64,000 nt of DNA from Candidatus Omnitrophota bacterium (GCA_015233405.1 JADFXT010000005.1:10210-74209); one strand, 5' to 3'; shown: positions 1-10,040, counted from the stretch's first letter. Program-made: numbers and translations. Notes: generated from the letters alone by a model not told the origin.

Positions 1-54
1 GAACTACGGATGTCTAATCTGTAGAGCGAAACGAATAGATTAAAAGGAGGAGAT

Positions 55-936
55 ATGAATAGAAAATCTAATTACAAAAAGGTCGTTGCTATTCTTGGCA
101 TTTTGGCGATTCTTTCTCCGCCGGGATTTTCTTATGCCTGGGAGGGCGGCCATCGGGATCATTTTTACCGTTATCATGAGCATCCACGATTTGGGATGAG
201 GATTGACTTGATTTCCAGGGATTATGTCCCGGTCGTAGTCGGTGGGGCCAGCTACTATTATTATGATGGGTTATATTATGTCCCAGGAGGCGCTGGGTAT
301 GTTCTTGTTACTCCTCCTGTGGGAGCCATTGTTTCCATGATCCCGCCGGATTACCATTCGGTCATTATCAATGGCGTGACTTATTATACCGATAGCGGCG
401 TTTATTATGTTTATACCCGTTACGGATATCAAGTTGTTCCTCCGCCGGTGGTCGTGGCACGTCCGGTAGAAGTTTTTGCTGAGCCCCGTAATCAGACCAA
501 AGTGGCTGAAGGAGCTTGGCTGGGAGGACTTATGGGCGCCATAATAGGCGGAATAACAGGGTATCAGATGAAGGGGAACCATGCTGCGGGAGCTGCTCTT
601 TTAGGTGGAGTTGCTGGCGCTACCGCCGGCGGCATTATTGGGGCGCAAATCCCTAATGAGGAAGCTTCCAGACCTGTGACAGTAATCCAACCGGCTCCAG
701 CCGTTGTTGCTCCAACACCAGTTGTTACGACTGCGCCTGTTGCGGCCGCACAGCCAGCCCCATCAACACCCCAAGGATCATCCGAGGAATCATTCACTAT
801 TAATATTCCCAATAACCAAGGCGGATACACGCCCGTGGTCATTAAGAGGTCCGGTAATGGTTTTATCGGCCCGCAAGGAGAATTTTATTCGTTGTTTCCA
901 AGCGTTGCGCAATTAAAGGTTATGTATGTTAAATAA
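55..936 (+). CDS. secreted Tyr/Pro-rich protein with glycine-zipper segment, function unknown
   Basis: 293-aa ORF with AAAAGGAGG RBS just upstream. Signal-like N-terminus (VVAILGILAILSPPGFSYA). Aromatic YYYYDGLYY / GVYYVY motifs. GxxxG-rich stretch GGLMGAIIGGITGY...GGVAGATAGGIIGA. Confidence 0.6.
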   Translation: MNRKSNYKKVVAILGILAILSPPGFSYAWEGGHRDHFYRYHEHPRFGMRIDLISRDYVPVVVGGASYYYYDGLYYVPGGAGYVLVTPPVGAIVSMIPPDYHSVIINGVTYYTDSGVYYVYTRYGYQVVPPPVVVARPVEVFAEPRNQTKVAEGAWLGGLMGAIIGGITGYQMKGNHAAGAALLGGVAGATAGGIIGAQIPNEEASRPVTVIQPAPAVVAPTPVVTTAPVAAAQPAPSTPQGSSEESFTINIPNNQGGYTPVVIKRSGNGFIGPQGEFYSLFPSVAQLKVMYVK

Positions 937-986
937 ATTTTAGAGCATTTTTTAAAACAATACGTTAAATGAAAGGATCAAACGGA

Positions 987-1196
987 ATGAAGAAAATAAT
1001 CATTATTATGCTTTTGGGACTTCTAGTCGTGCCAACGGCATGGGCTGCTGATTTAAAGACCCAAACGTCCACAACGAAACCAGCACTACATTCTCATAAG
1101 GGCAAAGGCAATCATCAGCATAGACAACATAATCAAATTAAAACAAAGAAAACAAAACAAAAAAAGAATGTTGTTGATCAAGGTGCTGGAGAATAA
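987..1196 (+). CDS. small secreted lysine/histidine-rich protein
   Basis: ORF track gives 969..1196. The internal Met at 987 (MKKIIIIMLLGLLVVPTAWA) gives a typical signal peptide. The mature part is basic and low complexity. It is followed by a strong terminator. Confidence 0.45.
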   Translation: MKKIIIIMLLGLLVVPTAWAADLKTQTSTTKPALHSHKGKGNHQHRQHNQIKTKKTKQKKNVVDQGAGE

Positions 1197-1220
1197 GGGA
1201 TCAGCTTTTGAAGATTAATT

Positions 1221-1262
1221 TTAATGGGCCGGAGGGATGCTTCGGCCCATTAATTATTTTTG
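1221..1262 (+). terminator. rho-independent terminator
   Basis: 11-bp perfect stem ttaatgggccg / cggcccattaa (1221-1231 / 1243-1253) followed by a T-rich tail. Confidence 0.7.
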
Positions 1263-1405
1263 TGGCAGGGGATCTTCGAGGATAGTGATTCATATAATGG
1301 AACAAATTAATTTCTTTGTAATATCTTCAAGAAAACAAGTTATAATATAAAAAATAAATGAAATTTTTATTTAAATTAGGTTTAATTTTAAAGTAAAGAA
1401 ACAAA

Positions 1406-4400
1406 ATGAGTTTATCAGAAATATCGATCAAGCGCCCCGTCTTTGCCTGGATGCTAATGGCTGGCCTCATCGTCTTCGGTGGAATTTGTTTTATGCGTAT
1501 GGGCATCAGCCAGCTTCCTGACGTGGACTATCCTGTTGTTTCGGTCAATATCCGTCTGGAAGGCGCAGCCCCAGAGGTCATCGAGACCTCCGTCGTCGAT
1601 ATCATCGAAAATGCGGTCATGAGTATTCAGAGCATTCGTAGCGTCACATCGCGATCGGAAAATAGCGAAGGGACTGTGACAATTGAATTTGAACTCAACC
1701 GTGATATCGATTTAGCCGTCCAGGATGTCCAGGCCAAAATCGCTTCGGTTTTACAGAAATTGCCTAAGGACATCACATCCCCAACTATCCGCAAGTCCAA
1801 TCCCGAAGATCAGCCGATCATGCTGCTCACCCTTGAGAGCGATACGTATCCTTTAAAAGATTTAATGGCCTATACGAATGACCGTATTAAAGACCAGTTT
1901 TCGACGGTAGCAGGCGTTGGTGACATTACTTTAGGCGGTTATCGAGACCCTAATTTGCGCATTTGGGTGGATGAGAAGGCCCTTAGTACTTATGAGCTTT
2001 CGGTCAATGATGTTATCAATACTATTCAAAATGAACACATGGAAACTCCGGCAGGCCAGTTAGAGGAGGGGACACGGCAATTAAATGTTCGGACCATGGG
2101 TGAGGCTAAGACCATCGAGGAGTTTGGCGATCTCGTTATTAATCAGCGCGGTGGGCAACCGAATTATATTCCGATGCATTTAAATCAAGTCGCATACATT
2201 GAAGAAGGTTTGGCTGACGCTTTAAGGATTAGCCGTGCTATGGGGACGCCGTGTGTGGCGCTTAATATTCTCAAACAGCGCGGATCTAACGCTGTTGCGG
2301 TGGCTAAAGCGGTACGGGCCAAGATCGTCGAGGTTCAGCAAGGACTCCCTCAGGGGATGAAGTTAAGCGTCAATTTTGATAGCACCCGATATATTGAACA
2401 AGCGGTGCACGAGCTTAATTTTACTTTGCTTTTGTCAGCGCTTTTGACTGGACTAGTGTGCTGGATGTTTCTGGGATCTTGGAAATCCACACTTAATGTG
2501 CTGTTGGCCATTCCAACGTCGGTTGTCGGAACTTTTATCGTTCTTAATTTTGCGGGGTTCACTTTAAACACTTTTACTTTGCTTGGATTAAGTCTTTCTA
2601 TTGGGATTGTCGTCGATGATGCCATCATGGTTTTGGAAAATATCGTTCGCCATCAGGAAAAAGGTCGAGGCAGGATTTCAGCAGCTTTAAAGGGATCTAA
2701 GGAAATCACCTTTGCGGCCATGGCGGCGACCATATCCGTCGTCGCTATTTTTTTACCGGTTGCGTTTATGAGCGGTGTTATCGGAAAATTTTTCTTTCAG
2801 TTCGGCGTGACCATTACGGTCGCCGTCTTATTGTCTCTGTTGGAAGCTTTAACATTGACTCCCATGCGCTGCTCGCAATTCGTTGATATTGGAAAACGCA
2901 CGACGAGATTTGGCCAAGGAGTCGAATGGTTTATGGATAAGTCAAGAGATCTTTATGCTGGTTCTTTGAAAGCAGCCTTGAATCACCGTGTCCTGGTAAT
3001 TGTCACCGCGATGATTGTTTTTGCGCTTAGTTTTTCTGCCCTAAAGGCGCTCAATAAAGAATTCATTCCTTCTGAGGACCAAAGTCGGTTTAATGTCCGT
3101 CTTAAGACTCCGGTCGGTTCGTCTCTCTCTTATTCCGACGGAAAATTTCGCGAGGTTGAAAAATTTCTATCACAACGTTCGGAGGTCGATCGATACGTTT
3201 TGCAGGTAGGAGGAGGTTCTCCAGGAGATTCCAATAGCGGTTCTGTCCTTGTCACGATGAAAGATCCGGGTAAACGAGGGATCGATCTTTCCGTTGGACA
3301 CGAGCTAAGCCAGCAAGAATTTATGGGCGTCTGCCGTAAACAGTTCAATAAAATTCCCGACGTGCGTGCCGTTATCCAGGACCTTTCTACGCGGGCCTTT
3401 ACTTCTTCCCGGGGTTTTCCGGTTGAGTTTACCATTCAGGGTCCGGATTGGGACCAACTGGCGGAGTATTCGAGGCAAATGGTCGACGGACTAGATAAGA
3501 CTGGTCTTGTGACTGATCTTGATACCAATTATGCTCTCGGCCAGCCGGAGCTCCACGTGGTGCCCGACCGCAAGAAGGCGCCTCAGTATGGCGTGAGTGT
3601 TGCTAGCATCTCCCAAGTGGTCGAGTCGATGATCGGTGGAGTTTTGGTAGGCACTTATGAAAAAGGTGGCCATCGTTACGACATTCGTCTGAAACTTAAA
3701 GAGAGTAAAATAGACCCGCGCACAAAAGTTAACAGTCTTTTTATCCGCAATAATCGCGGCGAGTTGACACCACTTTCTAATCTCGTCACAATGGAAGAGA
3801 AAAAATCCATGGTCGAGATTTCACGAAGCAATCGAGAGCGCTCCATTACGGTTTATGCCAACGTTAAGACGGGGCAATCTCAGCAAAAAGCCTTGCTGGC
3901 CGTGCAAGATATCGCCAAACATATTTTACCACCGGATTATCATATTGCCTTGACTGGAAGTTCACAGACATTTGCGGAATCTCTTAAGAGCCTTATCTGG
4001 GTTTTGTTGCTTGGTATCGTCGTTGCGTATATGGTTTTAGCATCACAGTTTAACAGTTTTATTGATCCCATTTCTGTTTTGATGGCTCTCCCTTTTAGCA
4101 TTTCCGGTGCGCTGGTGGCGTTATTTCTCGCTCACCGATCTATTAATATCTACAGCGTTATCGGTCTCATCTTATTGATGGGCATTGTTAAGAAAAACTC
4201 GATCCTCCTAGTAGATTTTACAAATCAAGTCAGAGAACGAGGAGAAGCTTCTGTCCATAAAGCGCTTTTGACGGCATGTCCAATTCGCCTACGGCCAATT
4301 TTGATGACGTCGGTCGCTACCATTGCCGGCGCTGTGCCAGCGGCTTTAGCCATTGGCCCTGGCGCCGAAAGTCGCATCCCGATGGCCATTGCCGTTATTG

Positions 4401-4540
4401 GAGGCGTGATTTTCTCGACGCTATTAACGCTTTATGTGGTTCCTTGTTTTTACAGCCTCATGTCCCGTTTTGAAGTAAAGGATAGGCACGCCAAACTCTT
4501 GGCCGAGGCCTTGGAAGAAAAAGACATTACAAACCATTAA
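1406..4540 (+). CDS. RND (AcrB/HAE1-type) efflux transporter permease
   Basis: 1044 aa. N-terminus MSLSEISIKRPVFAWMLMAGLIVFGG is typical of AcrB-family pumps. 12-TM layout with two large periplasmic loops, and a conserved GIVVDDAIMVLENI segment. Confidence 0.95.
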   Translation: MSLSEISIKRPVFAWMLMAGLIVFGGICFMRMGISQLPDVDYPVVSVNIRLEGAAPEVIETSVVDIIENAVMSIQSIRSVTSRSENSEGTVTIEFELNRDIDLAVQDVQAKIASVLQKLPKDITSPTIRKSNPEDQPIMLLTLESDTYPLKDLMAYTNDRIKDQFSTVAGVGDITLGGYRDPNLRIWVDEKALSTYELSVNDVINTIQNEHMETPAGQLEEGTRQLNVRTMGEAKTIEEFGDLVINQRGGQPNYIPMHLNQVAYIEEGLADALRISRAMGTPCVALNILKQRGSNAVAVAKAVRAKIVEVQQGLPQGMKLSVNFDSTRYIEQAVHELNFTLLLSALLTGLVCWMFLGSWKSTLNVLLAIPTSVVGTFIVLNFAGFTLNTFTLLGLSLSIGIVVDDAIMVLENIVRHQEKGRGRISAALKGSKEITFAAMAATISVVAIFLPVAFMSGVIGKFFFQFGVTITVAVLLSLLEALTLTPMRCSQFVDIGKRTTRFGQGVEWFMDKSRDLYAGSLKAALNHRVLVIVTAMIVFALSFSALKALNKEFIPSEDQSRFNVRLKTPVGSSLSYSDGKFREVEKFLSQRSEVDRYVLQVGGGSPGDSNSGSVLVTMKDPGKRGIDLSVGHELSQQEFMGVCRKQFNKIPDVRAVIQDLSTRAFTSSRGFPVEFTIQGPDWDQLAEYSRQMVDGLDKTGLVTDLDTNYALGQPELHVVPDRKKAPQYGVSVASISQVVESMIGGVLVGTYEKGGHRYDIRLKLKESKIDPRTKVNSLFIRNNRGELTPLSNLVTMEEKKSMVEISRSNRERSITVYANVKTGQSQQKALLAVQDIAKHILPPDYHIALTGSSQTFAESLKSLIWVLLLGIVVAYMVLASQFNSFIDPISVLMALPFSISGALVALFLAHRSINIYSVIGLILLMGIVKKNSILLVDFTNQVRERGEASVHKALLTACPIRLRPILMTSVATIAGAVPAALAIGPGAESRIPMAIAVIGGVIFSTLLTLYVVPCFYSLMSRFEVKDRHAKLLAEALEEKDITNH

Positions 4541-4563
4541 ATATTTTCTAATAATATTAAATC

Positions 4564-4608
4564 ATAAGCCCTTGTAGCTAAATAAGCTAGAAGGGCTTAT
4601 TTTTTTTA
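4564..4608 (+). terminator. rho-independent terminator
   Basis: Stem ataagccctt / aagggcttat (4564-4573 / 4591-4600) with inner tagc/gcta pairing, then a T7 run. Confidence 0.8.
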
Positions 4609-4715
4609 TTTGCGTCCGGTAGAAAAAAGTCAGAAGAAAGTGGAATGTGCTGGTATGACATTTTGGAAATAAAGGTAAAATGATTAAAAAACATTATTAA
4701 CCAAGGAGGAATAAG

Positions 4716-5294
4716 ATGCGAAGAGGAATATTGTTTCTGAGTGTTGTTTTATTATTTGCGTTTACCCTGCGACCGGCATTTGCAGAAGGGAAGCAGGAGG
4801 CAAGTAAAATCCAGGCAGTAAAGGTTACGGACATCAAAGAGTTTAATGTGGATAAATTCATAAAGAAATCGCCGTTTAACACTGATAAATTTGTATATAA
4901 CGTATTTTATTTCAATCCTCGTCAAATTCTTCCTTTTCATAAACATCCCGCAAGCGACGAGCTTTTTTATATTGTTGATGGTGTTGGGCAATTTACGGTA
5001 GGGAATGAAAGCGTCATTGTTGGTCCGTCATCATCTGTTTATGGACCGGCCAATGTTTTTCATGGACTTGTTAATTCCGGGGATAAGGAGATGATCATCA
5101 TTTCTATTCAGGCTCCCAAACCCGTTACAAACATTTATGCTGAAAACTCAACCTTGGCGTGCCCTGTCTGCAAGCAAGAGATCATCCTTAAAGAGGGCGT
5201 CAAAGAAGGGGATATCTATATCTGTCCACGCTGCGGAGCGAAATTAAAGGTCACAAAAGGAAAAGATGGGAAATGGATAGGAGTTCAGATGTAA
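4716..5294 (+). CDS. exported cupin-domain protein with C-terminal LysW-like zinc ribbon
   Basis: AAGGAGG RBS. Signal peptide ending AFA-EG. Cupin core (LPFHKHPASDELFYIVDGVG ... VFHGLVNSG). C-terminal CPVC-x17-CPRC ribbon resembling the LysW/zinc-ribbon fold. Confidence 0.8.
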   Translation: MRRGILFLSVVLLFAFTLRPAFAEGKQEASKIQAVKVTDIKEFNVDKFIKKSPFNTDKFVYNVFYFNPRQILPFHKHPASDELFYIVDGVGQFTVGNESVIVGPSSSVYGPANVFHGLVNSGDKEMIIISIQAPKPVTNIYAENSTLACPVCKQEIILKEGVKEGDIYICPRCGAKLKVTKGKDGKWIGVQM

Positions 5295-5361
5295 AAAATC
5301 CGGTTAGCAGCATTTAATAAGAAGATAATAAAAAATATTCAAAAAATCTGGGAAAAATTCT

Positions 5362-5403
5362 GGGGACACATACCAATTTTAAGGTATCTGTCCCCGTTTT
5401 TTT
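5362..5403 (+). terminator. rho-independent terminator
   Basis: Long hairpin ggggaca.atacc / ggtat.tgtcccc (5362-5395) followed by a T7 run. Confidence 0.75.
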
Positions 5404-5587
5404 CGTAATTTTGTAAATCTTAAAGGAAAGGGTCTCTTTAATAAACCACACTGAATTATTAAATTTAAAGAAATTTCTTGATTGCGAATAGTGGCTTTGA
5501 TAAGTTATTGTCATTATTACAGCTATACGGACGGGAATTAATGGATTTCGAACACTCTTTTTCAAAATAAAGAAAGGGGTTAAGTGT

Positions 5588-6904
5588 ATGAAGTTTTATC
5601 AGAAGATCAGTTTGTTCCTTTTGTTTATCTTTTTGGCTGTTTGTGCGATCGCTCAAGCGGAGGTTAAATTCACCCCAGGCGTTGATTTAAGAATCCGTCA
5701 CGAATTCTGGAAAAATATCACGGACGTAGAAAATCAATCTAAGGATAACCGCAATTATTTCCGTACCCGTTATCGCTTCTCAGGCGACCTTCAATTCAGT
5801 GACAGCGTCGATATCTACACCCGGTTGACGGATGAATTTAAGGATTACACATATTATCCTAATTCACAAAAAGGACTGAAGTTTGACATTAATGAAACAG
5901 TCATTGATAATTTGTATCTAGGCGTCAAGAATTTTGCCGGACTTCCCGTCAATATGCGGTTTGGCCGCCAGGATCTTTTAGGGCAATACACCGACGGATT
6001 TTTGATCGCGGACGGTACGCCTTTAGACGGCTCGCGCACCATGTATTTTAACGCCGCACAATTAAGTTTCCATCCGAATGAAACTAACATCGTGGACTTT
6101 GTATATATCAATGACCCTAAGGATGACAGTTTCCTGCCTATCATTAACCGTATGGACGGGAACCAAGCATTGAATCAGACGGATGAAATCGGATATCTTT
6201 TAGATTGGAAAAACTCTTTTTGGAAAAATTCATCCTTTGAAACGTATTATATTTATAAAACCGAAGATGACGACGGTGGGAAGCTTGCGCAGGCACAGAA
6301 TAGCAATATCCATACGTTGGGTGTCTTTAACCGGTATGAATTTGATAAGAGTTTGGCGTTACGTACGCAATTCGCCTATCAGACCGGTAGCTATGGCGAT
6401 TATGAACGGCAAGGTTGGGGTGGATATGTTTTTGCTGATAAAACGTTCGATATGCAGTTCAGCCCTAAATTATGCGCAGGGGTTATTTTACTCTCCGGCG
6501 ACGATCCTAATACCAACACGAATGAAGGGTGGGATCCGCTTTTTTCGCGTTATCCGTGGATGTCTGAGCTTTATAACCAGAGTTATAATAACGAAACCGG
6601 TACGGCGTATTGGACTAACTTAAGGATGTATCGCACGCAATTACAACTTGCCCTGACCAAAAAGGCAAAGCTTACTGCAATGTATAATTATCTGCAGGCC
6701 ATGGATAACCCGCCGGCTTCGGCTACGATCGCCTTTGGGAGCGGGAAGAACAGAGGACATCTGCCGGGCTTGCGTTTAGATTACGCGTTTAACAAGAATG
6801 TTTCGGCTTATGTCATGGGAGAATATCTTATTCCTGGCAATTATTATGATAAGGCATCGGATCCGTCGTTGTTTACACGAGTAGAATTGCTTTTTAAGTT
6901 TTAA
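5588..6904 (+). CDS. outer-membrane beta-barrel protein (alginate-export/porin-like)
   Basis: Signal peptide (LAVCAIAQA-E). Alternating beta-strand pattern. DLRIRHEF motif as in alginate-export family barrels. C-terminal ...LLFKF aromatic OMP signature. Confidence 0.7.
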   Translation: MKFYQKISLFLLFIFLAVCAIAQAEVKFTPGVDLRIRHEFWKNITDVENQSKDNRNYFRTRYRFSGDLQFSDSVDIYTRLTDEFKDYTYYPNSQKGLKFDINETVIDNLYLGVKNFAGLPVNMRFGRQDLLGQYTDGFLIADGTPLDGSRTMYFNAAQLSFHPNETNIVDFVYINDPKDDSFLPIINRMDGNQALNQTDEIGYLLDWKNSFWKNSSFETYYIYKTEDDDGGKLAQAQNSNIHTLGVFNRYEFDKSLALRTQFAYQTGSYGDYERQGWGGYVFADKTFDMQFSPKLCAGVILLSGDDPNTNTNEGWDPLFSRYPWMSELYNQSYNNETGTAYWTNLRMYRTQLQLALTKKAKLTAMYNYLQAMDNPPASATIAFGSGKNRGHLPGLRLDYAFNKNVSAYVMGEYLIPGNYYDKASDPSLFTRVELLFKF

Positions 6905-6931
6905 AAAAGTTTTTATCATAAGCATTTAAAT

Positions 6932-6970
6932 AAAATACCCGACGGACAAAAATCGTCGGGTATTTTATTT
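6932..6970 (+). terminator. rho-independent terminator
   Basis: 13-bp perfect stem aaaatacccgacg / cgtcgggtatttt followed by T-rich sequence. Confidence 0.8.
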
Positions 6971-7081
6971 CTCCATATTTTATTCAAAAAATTAAGACAA
7001 GAAAATCAAGAGCATATTGACGGAATTTTTCTCTTGTATTAAAATACAAAAAATTTTAGACAAGGCATCACAAGGATTGAA

Positions 7082-8098
7082 ATGACAAGGCTAGATTGGG
7101 TTATACAGTTAAGTCGTTTTGAAGATACGGATGTCAAAAAAAGCATCAAACAGATTCTAACATCCTTTATCCCGTATTTTGCTTTATTAAGTGCGATGGT
7201 CTTTCTGTTAAAGCGCGGGTTTCCTTATTGGTTCGTCCTAGTTTTGGCTTTCCTTGCCAGCCTGTTTTTGGTCAGAATCTTCGTTATTCTCCATGATTGT
7301 TCACACAAATCTTATTTAGGCCGGTCCTTAAACGGTTGTTTTATCCTCGGGCATATTTGCGGCATCCTGGCTTTTACATCTCTTTTTGCTTTTAGGCGTT
7401 CTCATGTCATACATCACGCCACTTTTTCAAATTTGGAAAAACGGGGAGTCGGAGATATCTGGACTTTGACGGTCGATGAATATCGTTCTTCACCGTTATG
7501 GAAAAGATTTGTTTACCGCGTGTTTCGAAATCCATTTTTTCTTTTTTTGATTGCGCCGCCGATCTTGTTTATTATCCTCAATAGGATTCCCAAAAGAATC
7601 GATCGCTGGAAAGAGATCTTAAGCATTCTTTTTACCGACGTCATGATCGCGCTGATTCTTTTGGTTGCTCATTGGACGATAGGATTAAAAATGTATGCCG
7701 CGATCCAATTGCCGGTCATCTATCTGGCTTCGTGTTTCGGGGTGTGGATTTTTTTCATCCATCATCAATTTGAAGATACTTATTGGGCTGATAATAAGAA
7801 CTATGATATATTTAAAGCCGCAATGGAGGGATCGTCGTTCTATAAATTACCAAAAGTGTTAGCTTGGTTCACGGGCAATATAGGTTATCATCACGTACAC
7901 CATTTGAACTTTAGGGTACCTAATTTCAATCTTAAAGATTGTTATGACCAAACACCTGAAGTTCAGCAGGTTAAACCGCTCACGCTGTTGGGTGGCTTTA
8001 AGTGTATGCATCTCGCTTTATGGGATGAAAGCACCTCCAGACTGATTAACTTTTCCGCGCTCAAAGGGCGAGAGAGAGGATATTTTAAATCTTCGTAG
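7082..8098 (+). CDS. membrane fatty-acid desaturase
   Basis: Three histidine boxes HDCSH, HVIHH and HHVHH in a polytopic membrane protein of 338 aa. Confidence 0.9.
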   Translation: MTRLDWVIQLSRFEDTDVKKSIKQILTSFIPYFALLSAMVFLLKRGFPYWFVLVLAFLASLFLVRIFVILHDCSHKSYLGRSLNGCFILGHICGILAFTSLFAFRRSHVIHHATFSNLEKRGVGDIWTLTVDEYRSSPLWKRFVYRVFRNPFFLFLIAPPILFIILNRIPKRIDRWKEILSILFTDVMIALILLVAHWTIGLKMYAAIQLPVIYLASCFGVWIFFIHHQFEDTYWADNKNYDIFKAAMEGSSFYKLPKVLAWFTGNIGYHHVHHLNFRVPNFNLKDCYDQTPEVQQVKPLTLLGGFKCMHLALWDESTSRLINFSALKGRERGYFKSS

Positions 8099-8134
8099 GG
8101 CAGGAATTGCACGAAAAAAGGAAAGGATTTTATC

Positions 8135-8500
8135 ATGTTCGAACATCGCCACCAGCCATTGCTTTCCCGTCAAGATTTCATTAAAAGAATGTTCAAATCC
8201 GTTGGTCTTGCGTTTTCTTTGCTTGTTCTTATTTTGCTTATTGGCACGGCGGGATTCCATAACATAGAGCAATTTTCTTTGATCGATGCGTTTTTAAATT
8301 CTGTGCTAATTATGACCGGCCTTGGGCTTGTTAATAGCGTTAATACTCCTTATGGAAAGCTGTTCACCTCAGGCTATGCATTATTAAGCGCATTGTTTTT
8401 TTATGCCATCTTAGCTATCCTAATCACGCCATTATTCCACAGGCTTCTTCATCGATTTCATTTTGATGTAGATGATAAACGCTTAAAGGAAAGAAACTAA
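8135..8500 (+). CDS. small 2-TM pore-loop ion-channel-like membrane protein
   Basis: 121 aa with a TM-pore loop-TM arrangement. The segment LIDAFLNSVLIMTGLGLV sits where K+ channels carry TVGYGD. Confidence 0.5.
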   Translation: MFEHRHQPLLSRQDFIKRMFKSVGLAFSLLVLILLIGTAGFHNIEQFSLIDAFLNSVLIMTGLGLVNSVNTPYGKLFTSGYALLSALFFYAILAILITPLFHRLLHRFHFDVDDKRLKERN

Positions 8501-8823
8501 TCCGACGGGGTTTTCTCGCTTACCGTAAACAAAATCCATCCCATTTCTTTGCTCTTGCCGTGGTTGCCTTTGTCAAAATAGAGCTTCATAACGTGGTGTG
8601 ATGTGGTTATTACTTCAAACCAGTGCCTGCGGACATATTGTTCGCCGCTGCCGTGATGGCATGGGCCTGTCGTACGCCAGGTTTTAATGACTTTCTCGAC
8701 GATAAAATTTTGTTTTCGCCAAAGAAATTCGCGGGGTAAGCCGGGCGTACCGCTGGACATAAAGTTTGTGTCGAAGGACCCAGGAATAGGGTCAATGGGT
8801 TCGCTGATAAGTTGGTCGCTCAT
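8497..8823 (-). CDS. conserved hypothetical cytoplasmic protein
   Basis: The only convincing minus-strand ORF (108 aa). It converges on the channel-like gene with a 4-nt overlap. No recognisable catalytic motif. Confidence 0.55.
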   Translation of the reverse strand: MSDQLISEPIDPIPGSFDTNFMSSGTPGLPREFLWRKQNFIVEKVIKTWRTTGPCHHGSGEQYVRRHWFEVITTSHHVMKLYFDKGNHGKSKEMGWILFTVSEKTPSD

Positions 8824-8907
8824 AGAATTTTGATTTACCTTTCAAAAAGATTTTTTTGTATTATAGGCGAAAAGACCTAAGTGGTATACTGAAAAAAGGA
8901 GACGAAC

Positions 8908-9153
8908 ATGAGTGCTAATAATTTTTCAGAAAGAGAACCGTGGTCAGGATGGACATATCGGCAGGCCGTATCCCGGCCAACTTCTCCGATCATTCTTTGT
9001 GGCATTTGGCTGATGTTTGGGATATTACTAATCGGCTCCATAATTTTGCTTCCAAAATTGTTTCCGCTTGCGTTAATTTGTATCATCATTTCCGTCCTGG
9101 CTCTCTACAAAGTCACAATAAACTATAAAAAACATAAAAGAAACCGAAAATAA
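8908..9153 (+). CDS. small membrane protein
   Basis: AAAGGAG RBS, two predicted TM helices, basic C-terminus (KKHKRNRK). Confidence 0.5.
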   Translation: MSANNFSEREPWSGWTYRQAVSRPTSPIILCGIWLMFGILLIGSIILLPKLFPLALICIIISVLALYKVTINYKKHKRNRK

Positions 9154-9161
9154 AAAGGAAG

Positions 9162-10040
9162 ATGGGCGCCATGATAGATCGGGATATCAAAAATAAGATT
9201 TTACATTCCCAAAAGATGGAAATCACTGAGCATTTCGTTTATAAAAATTTAGCCGCCATTGCTAAAAAAGAAAAGCATGCGGAGATTTTTAAGAAAATTG
9301 CCGAGGATGAGTTAAAGCATTATGAATTTTTCAAAACTTTAACCAATGAAGAACTTGGTCCGGATAGGTTTAAAGTGTTTTGGTATACGACGATCTCTAG
9401 AACTTTGGGCTTAAATTTTGGACTAAAGTTAATGGAGGGAGGGGAAGGTTCCGCGCAAGGCGTTTATAAAAGTTTAAAACCTGCATATCCTAATATCGAA
9501 AAAATAATTTCAGACGAAGAAAAACATGAGCGAGCGCTCTTAGACATGATTGACGAAGAACGGCTGATGTATATGAGTTCTGTTGTCCTCGGGCTAAATG
9601 ATGCGCTGGTTGAGTTGACCGCCAGTCTGGCGGGATTTACTCTGGCATTACAGGATTCAAGGCTCATCGGCGTCGTGGGAGCCATTACCGGCATAGCAGC
9701 CTCAACATCTATGGCCGCATCCGAATATTTGGCCACCAAACATGAACAAACAGATAAAGATCCCATTAAGGCAAGCCTCTACACCGGTGTGGCTTATGTC
9801 GGCACAGTGATTTTATTAGTCGCGCCGTACTTTTTCTTAAAGAATATTTTTGTTTGTTTAGGCTTGGCCATCTTAAACGCCCTTTTCCTGATTCTTATTT
9901 TTACATTCTATATCTCCGTCGCTAAAGACCTTTCTTTCAAAAAAAGATTTCTGGAAATGGCAGGCTTAAGTTTAACCATTGCGGTGATCACATTTTTTAT
10001 CGGCCTGGCCATAAGGAAATTTTTTGGAGTCAGCGCGTAA
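9162..10040 (+). CDS. VIT1/CCC1-family iron/manganese transporter with N-terminal ferritin-like domain
   Basis: N-terminal rubrerythrin/ferritin-like helices (AEDELKHYEFF ... EEKHERAL). The VIT1 signature SSVVLGLNDALVELTASLAGFT and C-terminal TM helices. Confidence 0.85.
   Translation: MGAMIDRDIKNKILHSQKMEITEHFVYKNLAAIAKKEKHAEIFKKIAEDELKHYEFFKTLTNEELGPDRFKVFWYTTISRTLGLNFGLKLMEGGEGSAQGVYKSLKPAYPNIEKIISDEEKHERALLDMIDEERLMYMSSVVLGLNDALVELTASLAGFTLALQDSRLIGVVGAITGIAASTSMAASEYLATKHEQTDKDPIKASLYTGVAYVGTVILLVAPYFFLKNIFVCLGLAILNALFLILIFTFYISVAKDLSFKKRFLEMAGLSLTIAVITFFIGLAIRKFFGVSA

Noticed and set aside
8877-9128. Alternative ORFs 8877..9089 (-) and 8940..9128 (+), which overlap the small membrane protein gene.
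   Set aside because: The 8908..9153 frame has a strong AAAGGAG RBS and a clean two-TM hydrophobic pattern. The alternatives lack both.
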